Positions 1 to 10,464 of a stretch of 64,000 bases of DNA are shown piece after piece. This DNA is from Octopus vulgaris. Taxonomy: Eukaryota. Both the position numbers and the translations under genes were made by a program. The DNA lies in assembly GCA_951406725.2 (NCBI GenBank), contig OX597819.1:84134001-84198000 (forward strand). Direction: 5' to 3'. The notes beneath the pieces are model-generated. The model ran no database searches and was not told where the DNA came from. It worked only from the letters and a program-made list of their open reading frames with translations. The stretch's first letter is position 1. Every line of letters begins with the position of its first letter.

Positions 1-294
1 TAGTCAAACAAATCGACCCCAGTACTTATTTTTTTAAGCCTAGTACTTATTCTATCAGACTCTTTTGTTGAACTGTTAGGTTACAGGGATGTAAACATAC
101 CAACACTGGTTGTCAAGTGATGATGGCGGAGAACAAAGACACATATATGTAAATATATACATATATATATGACAGGATTTTTTCAGTTTCTGTCTACCAA
201 ATTCACTCATAAGGCTTTGGTCAATCGTACATTATAGTAGAAAACACTTTCCCAAGGTGCCACACTGTGGGACTGAACCTGGCACCATATGGTT
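1..294 (-). mobile_element. tRNA-derived CORE-like SINE copy (truncated by window edge; head partly missing)
   Basis: Reverse complement of the family seen at 357-739, 7881-8320 and 11221-11687; B-box GGTTCAGTCCC and GGCACCTTGGGAAAGTG segment. Confidence 0.85.
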
Positions 295-356
295 TGTTCT
301 TGCTTTTGTTTCCCATAAATCTGACCTCCTGTACCTTCTCATATACAACATATATA

Positions 357-739
357 GGTGCAGGCTTGGGCATGTGGTAAGAAGTTTGCTTTCCAACCAC
401 CTAGTTCCAGGTTCAGTCCCACTGTGTGGCACCTTGAGCAAGTGTCTTTTACTCTAGCTGCAGTTCAACCAAGGCCTTGGATATGGTAGCTGGACACTGA
501 AAGAAGCACATCATGTGTGTGTGTGAGTTTGTGTTTGCGCCCCCACCCCACAAAAAACTGTTTGGCAACTGGTGTTGGTGTGTTTACATCTCAGTAACTT
601 AGTGATTTGGCAAAAGAGACCAATAGAAGTACCAGGCTTAAAAAATAAGTACTGGGATTGATTCATTTGACAAAGATTTCAAGTCACTACTCTAGCATGG
701 CCACAGCCTAATGACTGAAACAAGTAAAAGATAAAAGAG
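357..739 (+). mobile_element. tRNA-derived CORE-like SINE, near full length
   Basis: A-box-like TGGGCATGTGGT, B-box GGTTCAGTCCC, CORE-like GGCACCTTGAGCAAGTGTC, internal (TG)n, tail TGACTGAAACAAGTAAAAGATAAAAG; multiple homologues in the window. Confidence 0.88.
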
Positions 740-830
740 GAACAAACATGCAAGATTCCCTTTTCCAATGAAGGTTACTGGAATGGAACAGATTGTTAAA
801 TACAGATTACAAAAATGTATTTTTTCCTAC

Positions 831-1044
831 CTGTATTACCCTTTATATGGTATAATTCTAGAGCAGATAGTGAAAAAGAGTACTCATTCTGTTTATAATT
901 ATGATTGCCATCAGAGAACCCAATAGATACTTCTGTATGTTCGAGTGTTTTTGTCCAGGATTGCATACCAGGGAGATAACTGAAGATGAAAAACGTCCTT
1001 TTTTCTGTTTGTGTAGGTACAAGGGCCATCTGGAAGGTAGCCAT
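831..1044 (-). CDS. Internal exon (214 nt), C-terminal part of NIDO domain: MATFQMALVPTQTEKRTFFIFSYLPGMQSW...IGFSDG...ELYHIKGNT(G)
   Basis: Acceptor TTTTCATTTCTCCAG, donor GTAGGA, phase 0 start and phase 1 end. The TFQ..L......F.IF.Y.....W, +GF..G and N.G motifs match NIDO. The gene continues past position 1. Confidence 0.9.
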
Positions 1045-1066
1045 CTGGAGAAATGAAAACAAAAGA

Positions 1067-1296
1067 TTAACTCTTTAGCATTTAGCTTTCTCTATCAAGT
1101 ATAATGCTCATTTATTCATATTGTTTTTTTATTAATCATACATTATCTCATAGCTTTGAGATCTCAACAATTTGATTGCTTGATTTTACAACAATGTTGT
1201 ATGGTAGGTGCAAAAAGCTGAACATGGCCAATTTGAATGCAGAACAGGTAGATTAATTGGGCTGGATATGGCTGGTTTTAAATGCTAAAGGGTCAA
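1067..1296. mobile_element. piggyBac-type MITE (TTAA-flanked, ~14-bp TIRs)
   Basis: The left end TTAACTCTTTAGCATTTA (1067-1084) is the inverted copy of TAAATGCTAAAGGGTCAA (1279-1296), with 2 mismatches. TTAA plus CCC-type termini is the piggyBac signature. Confidence 0.7.
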
Positions 1297-1541
1297 AGTA
1301 CTTAAGGATATGTTTTCTTTGATTTAATGTGATTAAACATACCATTAAATATAATCACTTCAAAAGTTATAATGAACTCAAATGAAACTATAAATTGTCT
1401 ATCTTAGTATAATGATCTTCCTTATAACCAACTGGAGGCTCTCTGTGGTTGCTTGATCTGCCAGAAATAGCAACCAAGTCTCTTTTGAAACAAACCTTAT
1501 TTTAAGAAAGGAAAGACAGATTGGATGATATCCAAGATATA

Positions 1542-2053
1542 CCATAAATCCTCGAGTATAATTCACATATTTTCCCCCAAATTTAAAGGTCTAAATCCCT
1601 AGTGCGTACTATATACGAGGTTAAAAATGAAAATTATTTTCTAAGCAATGTCCGAGTCTCTATTTGCTGTCCGGCAATGTTTATTCAGATGCATTTTGTG
1701 ATGTCAGGCACGAAAATAACTTAAGCTAAGCCTGAAAGCAATGAAGTCATAAAAGAATCATCCATAACATGCAGTAAGCAACATTTATTAAATGTTATTA
1801 CTGTTATTTCTTTATTTTCTACAAACAAAATGCACAAAAAAGCTACACGTTTGCATTATGTTATATATACAATAATAATAAAGGACGTTACCATTTACAT
1901 TTTTACAAACCAAGGACGTTATATAGACCTCCTTGACTTAAGTCAGAGAATTGGTGCATATCATACACAAGGTTTAGGTTTTTCAGAGGTACAGCCTCCT
2001 AAAATTTCGCTGCGTATTATACTCAAGAGCGGACTATACTCAAGGATTTATGG
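1542..2053. mobile_element. Non-autonomous Tc1/mariner-superfamily (Tc2/pogo-like) element with TA target duplication
   Basis: TA|CCATAAATCCTCGAGTATA ... TATACTCAAGGATTTATGG|TA (1 mismatch); repeated subterminal TGCGTA.TATAC..AAG motifs. Confidence 0.85.
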
Positions 2054-2235
2054 TACTAAGTTGGAATAAACGATCTGATGGTCATAGCTTAGAGAGATAT
2101 ATATTCTATCAGGAATGATCTCGGGCTAATGAGAAACAGCAGCAAAGTATAGTCAAGAAAACTAAATGCAGATGTATATTTAGTTGCTTGTAGCCACTGT
2201 TGATCCACTTCTGGGTATAAGCCCCAGCATGCCTT

Positions 2236-2485
2236 TATCTTTTATCTTTTACTTGTTTCAGCCAATGGACTGTGGCCATGCTGGGGCATCATTTTTATTT
2301 GAACGAATGGGGCATCATCTTTATTTGAACAAATTGACCCTAGTATTTATTTTGTTTAAAAGTCTGGAACTTATTCCATTGGTCTCATTTGATGAACTGC
2401 AAAGTTACAGGGATGTATTTAGACCAACACCAGTTGTCAAGTGGTGGTGGTGGTGGGGACAAACACAAAGATACAAAAACACACA
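2236..2485 (-). mobile_element. 3' half of the CORE-like SINE family
   Basis: TCTTTTATCTTTTACTTGTTTCAG...GTGGCCATGCTGG...ACACCAGTTGTCAAG matches the reverse complement of 540-739. Confidence 0.8.
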
Positions 2486-2630
2486 TATACACTGCATAGT
2501 CAAGTACATACATACATACATATAAAGATGTCAGGTAATACTGAATAAGTGCTATAGACAGACCATAGTTAAGTTCCAGATTCGGTAATATTGCGAATAA
2601 AGGGTTCAACATTGGTTTTATGTCAGCGTG

Positions 2631-2746
2631 TGTATATAAGAATTTTTTGCATAATAAGATAAAAATGCTCTAATAAAAATGCTCTAATAAAAATGCTCTA
2701 ACAGCCTTGGTTTTTTATCTTATTACGCAAAAAGTTCTTATATACA
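2631..2746. repeat. 35-bp inverted repeat enclosing a 14-bp tandem (TAATAAAAATGCTC)
   Basis: TGTATATAAGAATTTTTTGCATAATAAGATAAAAA (2631-2665) pairs with 2712-2746, with 2 mismatches. Confidence 0.9.
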
Positions 2747-2771
2747 TATATATACATATACATATATATAT

Positions 2772-2827
<56 letters not shown>

Positions 2828-2999
2828 ATGTATGTATATATATATGTATATGTATATGTGTATATATATATATATATATAACAATTAAGGATAACTTCTT
2901 AATAAGGAATCTTAACAAGAAATTATCAGGTAGATAGCGTGAAAAACCTCATAACAGAAAAATTTCGAAAATAATTCTTTCTTATTGAACATATTAATT

Positions 3000-3095
3000 T
3001 ATATATAGAGGGCATTATTACACATACATGCCACACGCTAAGAGGGACATTGATGTCCCTCTTAGCGTGTGGCATGTATGTGTAATAATGCCCTC

Positions 3096-3103
<8 letters not shown>
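3000..3103. repeat. Perfect palindrome, 51-bp arms, 2-nt spacer
   Basis: 3000-3050 is the exact reverse complement of 3053-3103. Confidence 0.97.
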
Positions 3104-3144
<41 letters not shown>

Positions 3145-3149
3145 TTGTA

Positions 3150-4410
3150 AATTAAGTTAGATAAGGCCAGTTTATGGGATTACTCTGGGTTTCACATCCC
3201 TAAAGCATTTAGCTTTATGGCATATCATCAGATCCCCAAACCTGTTGGCTTAAGGCTTCTCTAGCAAATGTCCTCTCTAGATTATGGAGGAAGAAAGGAC
3301 CTCACAACTCAATGTCAAAAATAGGGATTGTTTCTCTTTGGCTATTGATCGCCAGTGACCCTGTTATCCCATGGATTCCAAGAGACCAGCAGGAATTTCC
3401 TGAAATGCAAGCATGGTCCGAAGACCTCCATTCTGGAGTTAAGGATGTTCCCCCAGTTGAGTGAGTCCTTTAGAATCCTCACCTGTTCCGCTATGCATAG
3501 TTGACAGTGCTTAGTCTCGTTTATGTAGAGGTCTGGAGTTTCCATGATATTGTGTATGGAATCCTGTTGTCTTCCAGCTGCCATATATGGCTGGCTAATG
3601 ATGTAACATATCTTCTTTCCAGTATCCTGAAGGAATATCTGTGGTTGGAGAGGTGTTGTTTGAATGTGTTCCTGGAGCAGCCAATGTATCTTCATGGTTG
3701 GGTGTTGGCAATGCTGTATCTGTTGGTGTTGGAACTGCTGCTAACACTGTTGTTGGTACTGGCACTGTTGGTGCTGTCACTGATGGTGTTGGTAATGGTG
3801 GTGCTGTTGTTGTTGTTATGGTCATCATCATTGATAGAAGCACTGTTACTGCCGTTATAGATATCATTGGCAATGGCTCTGCTACTATTTCCATTAAGGA
3901 TACTGACAGTGTTGTCATTGTTGTTATTGTTGTTATTGCTAGCAATGGTGCTGCTGCTGGCTCTGTTCATGTCTCTGCTGCTGCTACTAATTGGAACTGT
4001 TGAGCCTTTTACTTTAGTAGCCATTGGGGAAGCTGTTGTTGTTGCTGCTGCCGTTAGGGATACTGCCATTGCTGTCATTGATGTTGTTATTGTTATCGTT
4101 GGTGATGTTGCTTCCAACGGTTCTGTTCATGTCTCTGCTACTGCTACTATTGATACTGTCATCCCTGCTACTGTAGTAGCCGTTAGGGAAGCTTCTGATG
4201 TTCCATATGCTACTAGGGTTGGCCAACACCTCAGATTCATAGACAACTCTTTTGGCTTCACAGTGGCCTCTCACTGGACATCTGTTGTGGTTCCTGTATG
4301 AGCATCCTGCCTCCGCTTGTGGTCTAGGGGTGCTAACTAGAATGCTCTTAATATTGGGGGTACTCAATAACTTAGAGTGTGCTTCTTATTCAGATTTATG
4401 CTTTACCAAA
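3150..4410 (-). mobile_element. Decayed Penelope-like element, 3' part: Cys-rich linker, GIY-YIG endonuclease and 3' UTR
   Basis: Successive motifs PNIKSIL, CSYRNHNRCPVRGHC..KRVVY, RYIGCSRNTFKQHLSNHRYSF...TSLASHIWQL...YTISWK and CQLCIAEQVRIL...LNSRMEVFGPCLH.RKFLL, broken by stops and frameshifts. Confidence 0.88.
3176..3236 (-). ncRNA. Type I hammerhead-ribozyme-like motif in the Penelope 3' region (degenerate)
   Basis: Minus strand GGGAU-CUGAUGA-[stem II with UAAAGC/GCUUUA]-GAAAC-CCAGA-GUA-AUCCC. Stem I GGGAU/AUCCC is perfect; the base of stem II is imperfect. Confidence 0.65.
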
Positions 4411-4411
4411 G

Positions 4412-4471
<60 letters not shown>

Positions 4472-5049
4472 TTCAAATTTAGAGAAAGCAAAAGACGAAG
4501 ACAGGTGAGAAAACAACAAACAGGTGTATTAGTTGAATGTTTGGGAAGAATGGAAAAGCCGTTGATGCTTTGAGCCAATGCTCTTTGACAGAAAGGGATG
4601 AAAGGGAAAAAATGGAGAGAAAAATGCATAGGGATTAATAGTTTAACATAATGAAAATCGTGTATATATATACTGAATACCCTTCAATATACTTGACTGT
4701 ATATATCTAATACAAACCTCTGATCTATCTTTTCTCTCACCAGAATGTATTATTTATTCCTCCTCTCAGTATTTACACAACTTTGTAACTGCTAACATTC
4801 ATTTTCCCTCAATATGCAGTACAGCAAAACCATTCTTTCCTTCCTCTCACTATGCTATGCTACCCAACCATGCTTTCTGATCATGGATTTACCTAAAGAA
4901 GACCCAATCTAACTGGATTTATGGAAAATGCAATTTTCTTGTATTCTAAAAAATACAATGGAACACTGGGATGGTATCTGCATGGTAAACAATAGTTAAG
5001 TTAGTGTGTATCTATGTAATGTAGTTTTTCCTGCCAAAGATTAAGACTC

Positions 5050-5560
5050 CTACTCCTTCAAAATAAGACCCTCACTTCTTCAAGATAACTGATGGATTTT
5101 CTGGTAGAGGCACCACAATTAACAGGGCGTATTAAGCTTCTCAGCTGCAGAAATTGCAGGATGCTTGCATGCTGACCAAGGGAGTCTGCCTCCTCCAAGA
5201 CAATGCCCAGTTCACAATGTGCATGTTGCCCAGATGAAAGCACACTCCTGCAGCTATGAAATCCTTCCTCATCCCCCTTACTCTCCCAACCTCATACTAT
5301 CTGACTTCTTAATCTTTCCAGCTATGAAGTGTTTTTTGAAGGGGAAGCACTTTTCAGATGATGATGAACTTACTTCTGAGGTAAAGTCTTGACTCCAAAC
5401 ACAACCTATTGACTTCTACAGATGAAGTCTCCACAGCTGCATAAAGTGATGGGAGAAGTGTGATACCATTGGTGGTTGCTATGTAGAGAAGGACTAATAA
5501 GTTTCGTTTATCTCAGTCCTTGGGAAGTGAGTCAAGGAGAATTTAATGAACACTCCTCAT
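5050..5560 (+). mobile_element. Mariner transposase remnant (C-terminal catalytic region plus 3' end)
   Basis: LLQDNA / PVH...EILPHPPYSPNLILSDFLIFPAMK..LKGKHF...WEKC...GGCYVEK matches the mariner HDNA, YSPDL and W.KC...G.Y.E motifs; contains stops and frameshifts. Confidence 0.9.
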
Positions 5561-5767
5561 ATTTATATTAATAATAGAAGGGAAGCTATCAAGATTCAAT
5601 GATACTGAACAACCAACTTCTAATGAATTCATAGTTAAGATGTTGAAATTTTTTTCTGTTCTACATTTGGCTGATTTTATCAGATTTTAGTAGCCCCTAT
5701 GGCATAAAGTATAGCAATATCACTGAACACATTGTTAGCCAATGAATCAAATAAGTTAAGACCTTAC

Positions 5768-6055
5768 TTCTGTGACGTTCTTCAATCTACTTGAAGGCTG
5801 GACATTCTCCCAGGTTATGATGAGTATCCACTTTTTAAATAAGCTCTTTTCATCATGAGATTTTACCAGTTTTGTTGCTGCATGGAAATTTTTGGTGCCT
5901 ATTTCAAAGAACTTATATGTTACTCGACCAGGTTCATCTACAACTAAATCACTCCAAAATGGGGCTATAATAGCTGCATTTGGTGGATCAGGAAACCTTT
6001 GAGGTGAAGGAAAATTCTGTTTCTTCCCAAATGTTATGTATCCATTGGTAGAAAT
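5768..6055 (-). CDS. Internal exon (288 nt), NIDO domain core: ISTNGYITFGKKQNFPSPQRFPDPPNAAIIAPFWSDLVVDEPGRVTYKFFEIGTKNFHAATKLVKSHDEKSLFKKWILIITWENVQPSSRLKNVTE
   Basis: Acceptor TTTTGTATATTATAG, donor GTAAGG, phase 0-0, 96 open codons. It contains the NIDO hallmarks ISTNG.I.F, IAPFW.D and W.LI.TW.NV. It is absent from the supplied ORF track. Confidence 0.93.
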
Positions 6056-6615
6056 CTATAATATACAAAAACAATGTATTTGTTATTCAGCTTTAACAGA
6101 TTATAAATAAAGACTTCTTTTGAAAACACAATATTTTTTATGTAAGATAAAGGTGTACAGTTGGTCTAAACTATACCAAAGTCATTTGGAGATATATTTT
6201 TATTAACTTCCATCAGAATAAAGGGTTAAAGTGAACTTCAATGAGATCTGAATACAGAAGTAATTTAAATACAACAACCATTCATGGTACTCTAAGATCT
6301 ATATCAATTATTTTTTAATCTCTTATATATTTTATGCCATCTAAAGTTTGAACAGTAAATTCATTTTGATATGATTTTAACTCAGGACCAGGAAAGCATT
6401 TCAGTTACTTTTATTTTCACATTTGATGTTCAAGCTTTGTGTTCACCTCTTATCCTAGCAATGCATCTCTTGTGGAAATATAAAACTAAATACATCTAAA
6501 CTAAATGCATCTATATTTCATTAGTTGGTCAGTATGTTCATTTACTGTTAAAATATCAGAGTGCTCATGTAAGATTCTAATTTTAATTTTTATATTCAAA
6601 TTAACAGAAATAAAA

Positions 6616-6735
6616 TCTTTTATCTTTTATTTATTCCAGTCATTAAACTGCAGTTATGCTGGGGCACCTTCAAGAAAGGTTTTAGTCAAATAAATTGACT
6701 CCAGTAATTATGTTTTCTTTAAAGTCTGGTACTTT
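6616..6735 (-). mobile_element. 3' tail fragment of the CORE-like SINE family
   Basis: TCTTTTATCTTTTATTTATTCCAGTCATT...ATGCTGGGGCACC...TAGTCAAATAAATTGACTCCAGTA matches the other copies. Confidence 0.7.
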
Positions 6736-6833
6736 TGTAAATAGCTGCCAATATGAATAACAATAAAGTCTGAGCAATTGAAGCAGTATCAGATTAAAAT
6801 AACCATCTATGTATCATACTTAATGTATCCCTT

Positions 6834-6883
<50 letters not shown>

Positions 6884-7534
6884 ATGTCTGTGTGTGTGTG
6901 TGTGTGTGATTGCTCCAATCTATACAACCCCAAGGAAAAACTAACCTAAGAGCACTAGATTCCTTGGAAGAATGCAGTGAATGTATACGAAAACAAGGAA
7001 AACATGTACTTGATGATGTACTGAATTGACCTCACTGAGGCAATGATGTCAACATTGCAGTGTCATTTGAATGCTCGTAAAAGAGTATCACTATAAGGTA
7101 CAACGCATTTGTTATTGTTTGTTTTTCCATTCTTATGAGATTCAACTCCTCCCATTGCAACTGATTTTCATCTCCGTTTTTCTGCCTCATGATTATGACA
7201 ATAAAGATTGATATTTCATTTTAAGTAAAATAGTAATTTTTCCCTTTAAGAAAAAGAAAAAAAATCAAGTACTCATGATTCAAAAAAATATCTCATAAAA
7301 ATATATGGAGAATTTCTTTCTTTCAGTCTACGAGACTCAACAGGTATATAAATGATTTAGGGGAGAAAAAGAAAGTAAGGAAAAAGGAATTACAGCAGTA
7401 GCTACCGATGACTCTTTGAAGTGTCGACGTTTTCAACTTCATTTTTTTTCTTAAAGTAGGAAAATGGTTCTTTTATTTGTAATCTTTATTATCTTAATCA
7501 AATGGTAGGAAAACTGACAAACTTTGAGTTTTAG

Positions 7535-7610
<76 letters not shown>

Positions 7611-7738
7611 AACTTACTTGGAAATGGATGCATAGCATTCAATCAGATAATGTATATATATATATGAGCTGCCACTATCTGGCGTATACAGGTGCTTACA
7701 CTTATCAAGTATTCCCTCTAAACTTACAGTATATATAT

Positions 7739-7777
<39 letters not shown>

Positions 7778-7804
7778 AACATACATACATATATACATAT
7801 ACAC

Positions 7805-7880
<76 letters not shown>

Positions 7881-7882
<2 letters not shown>

Positions 7883-8039
7883 TACAGCAGTGGCTGTGTG
7901 GTAAGTAGCTTGCTTACCAACCACATGGTTCCGGGTTTAATCCCACTGCATGGCACCTTGGGCAAGTGTCTTCTACTATAACCTCAGGCCGACCAAAGCC
8001 TTGTGAATGGATTTGATAGACGGAAATGGAAATCCTGTC

Positions 8040-8096
<57 letters not shown>

Positions 8097-8320
8097 CGTG
8101 TATATATGTTTGTGTGTCTGCGTTTGTCCCCCCAACATCGCTTGATAACCGATGCTGGTGTGTTTATGTCCCTCGTAACTTAGAGGTTCGGCAAAATAGA
8201 CCGATAGAATAAGTACTAGGCTTACAAAGAATAAGTCCTGGGGTCGATTTGCTAGACTAAAGGTGGTGCTCCAGCATGGCCACAGTCAGATGACTGAAAC
8301 AAATAAAAGAGTAAAAGAGA
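7881..8320 (+). mobile_element. tRNA-derived CORE-like SINE, full length, with internal (TA)n
   Basis: A-box TGGCTGTGTGGT, B-box-like GGGTTTAATCC, GGCACCTTGGGCAAGTGTC, tail TGACTGAAACAAATAAAAGAG. It retains CpGs, so it is likely the youngest copy here. Confidence 0.9.
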
Positions 8321-8344
8321 TATATATTTGAAGGATAAAAGCAT

Positions 8345-8572
8345 CTTCCCAAGTCATATAGACTCATAGGGCTAGTTTCCTGGACTCAGTGGCATATATA
8401 TTCACTACCACAGGATGGACAGCAGGGCTACTCATTTTTACCTGCTGAGTGGACTATAACAATGTGAAATGAAGTGTTTTGCTCAAAAACACAACATATC
8501 ACCTGGTCCAAGAATTGAAACCACAATCTTGTAATCATGAGTCCAACACCCTTATTGCTAAGCCAGCATCTC
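8345..8572 (-). mobile_element. Second tRNA-derived SINE family (Meta/V-like central domain), degenerate
   Basis: Minus strand TGGCTTAGCAAT...GGTTTCAATTC...TTGTGTTTTTGAGCAAAACACTTCATTTCACATTG...AGTCCACTCAGC. Confidence 0.6.
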
Positions 8573-8604
8573 CACTTGTGTGTGTGCGTGTGTGTGTTTA
8601 TATA

Positions 8605-8827
8605 CAGGGATGGCCAAAAGTCATCCAACAGTAAATCAGCATTTCATAAATACTTAATATTCATCTGGAAAAAATGGTGTTACTCAAGAAGGACTTCAGT
8701 TTGAACAATTTTCACGATGTTTCATATTTAGATGCTTTTATTTAATTCATTCAGTTGTTAAGCATAAATAAATCTCTTGGAATTAAGTGAGTTTGATTTA
8801 CTGTCAGGAGACTTTTGGCCAACCCTG
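8605..8827. mobile_element. Tc1/mariner-type MITE with TA target duplication
   Basis: TA|CAGGGATGGCCAAAAGTCATCCAACAGTAAATCA ... TGATTTACTGTCAGGAGACTTTTGGCCAACCCTG|TA, ~34-bp imperfect TIRs. Confidence 0.88.
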
Positions 8828-8834
8828 TACATGC

Positions 8835-8865
<31 letters not shown>

Positions 8866-8970
8866 CATACATACATACATGCATACATACATAGATACAC
8901 ACATAAATACATACGTGCATACACACGCATTCAATATGATCATAGATGGTTGATATAAATAGGTACTTAC

Positions 8971-9086
8971 ATATAAAATATCATAAGAATCAGTTCCAAA
9001 AGCAACTGTTGAAGGCAGGTGCAAAGGACGAGATATTTCATCATCTCCATTAAGGACATAGCCAACAAAGGATGAAAATGTTTTGT
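8971..9086 (-). CDS. Internal exon (116 nt), start of NIDO domain: (D)KTFSSFVGYVLNGDDEISRPLHLPSTVAFGTDSYDILY
   Basis: Acceptor TTTTGTTTGCAG and donor GTAAGT. It starts in phase 1 (G+AC = Asp with the giant exon) and ends in phase 0. The DD.S..+.LP....FG..Y..LY pattern is typical of the region opening NIDO domains. Confidence 0.9.
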
Positions 9087-9603
9087 CTGCAAACAAAATG
9101 TAGAATACATACATACATATATGTGTGCATATAGATAGATGTACAGATATATAGATATAGGTATTAATGGAAATGTTGTTTATAAATAAAAGGCAATGTG
9201 ACATGTATGATTAATATAATACTAAAAGATTAAAGACTTCAGAACTGTTATACTCATACTGTTATTAACATTGCTTTCAATAGAAGTTAATCCTCCTTAT
9301 TTATCAAACTATATTAGTTACTAATAAAAACATATTAATCTCCAATTATCTTAAACTTTAAAAGGAAGCTAAAAAGTTTCTTTACCTTATGGATTTTTAA
9401 ATATTATCTGAACCTAAAAAGATATATTCCTAGCTTAAATTAACATATGCACTTAAAACAACTTCAGATTAAAATACTGGTGTGTATAAGATTTACAATT
9501 TGTATACAAATGTGGAAAGGCACTAGTTGTGATATTTTGTCTCAAAGAATCCTCCCGAAGAGACTTATATGATAAAAACACAGGGCATCACTCAGAGAAC
9601 CAG

Positions 9604-9659
9604 TGGATTGCCAGACATGGTATTTCAACCTGATTTAGTCTCCTCAGTGATGACTATCC
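9604..9659 (-). ncRNA. Type I hammerhead-like motif, copy 1
   Basis: GGAUAGUCAUCA-CUGAGGA-GAC UAAAUCAG GUU-GAAA-UACCAU-GUC-UGGCAAUCC. The core and stem I are present; stem III is weakened. Confidence 0.6.
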
Positions 9660-9920
9660 TGACATCTTGAGCTAAACTGAAAAGTGTTTGTTCTCATATA
9701 AAAATCACTAAACAAAACATTTACTGATTAGTGTGAAGTTAAGCCAGGCTAGAATTAAATTACTATGTACACTTGAAACAGCCATAGGTTAAAATCCTGG
9801 CACATTTAGCATGTGTATACAGATGTGGAATGGCGGTACCAGTTGTAATATTTGGTTTCAGAGAAACTACACAAAGATACTTATGGTCTAAAAACACTGG
9901 GCTTTGCTCAGAATGCCAGT

Positions 9921-9978
9921 AGATTGCTAGACACATGGTGTTTCAACTTGATTTAGTCTCCTCAGTGATGAATAGCCT
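9921..9978 (-). ncRNA. Type I hammerhead-like motif, copy 2
   Basis: CAUCA-CUGAGGA-GACU AAAUCA AGUU-GAAACAC CAU GUGUC-UAGCAAUC. It has a canonical core, stem II, stem III ACAC/GUGU and a GUC cleavage triplet; proximal stem I has a mismatch. Confidence 0.72.
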
Positions 9979-10464
9979 GGATATTCTGAGTCAAGTTTGT
10001 TCCAAAATAGCAATTGGTAATCATACGGTTCTCTGGAACCAGACTTATTTGGTAAACCAGAATAGTAACTACTGCATAATATAATCACTGAATTCATTGG
10101 TTTTTAAAAAAATATTGGCATTTAATATTTAGTTTTGAATTAAATAGCTCAAACAAATACAAAAAAAAAAAAAATAATGATTATTTTTCAAACTGAGTAC
10201 TATAAGTCACTTATGATAATTTTACAGAGAAAAACAACTTCTTTGATGTTGGAAATATCTTCAAAATGATGTTCCATGAAAACTAGTCTTATAAGCTTCT
10301 TTAGGTTTTTGTTCTCTGGCTTTAATGAAATTCCACTTGCCATTAAACTACTTCCTTTTTTTTTATTGGATTAAAATTTTGACATAACTTACTTTCAGTA
10401 TATTCTGATATCTCAATAATTGGTACAAACATCTTTTATTACTTATATACCTCTGAAAGAACAA

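Larger units (their letters stand above)
9435..9995 (-). repeat. Diverged direct tandem repeat, period ~318-320 nt, one hammerhead motif per unit (retrozyme- or Penelope-pLTR-like)
   Basis: 9435-9675 aligns with 9755-9995 (TTAAATTA...TTAAAAT.CTGG...TGTATACA.ATGTGGAA...AAAAACAC.GGGC...TTTCAAC.TGATTTAGTCTCCTCAGTGATGA). Confidence 0.85.

Noticed and set aside
4470-4630. Possible further hammerhead/pLTR remnant (minus strand AAGAGC AUUG GCUC AAAG)
   Set aside because: Only a stem II-like hairpin remains; the CUGANGA and GAAA cores are absent.
7881-7955. tRNA-like A and B boxes (also 357-430 and 8500-8572)
   Set aside because: These are SINE heads continuing into repeat bodies; no complete cloverleaf is evident.
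10393-10452. 60-nt candidate exon with TCTTTCAG acceptor and GTAAGT donor on the minus strand
   Set aside because: In the phase-1 context it gives an immediate stop (EVYK*), and the flanking exons already join in frame. At most it is an unproven poison exon.
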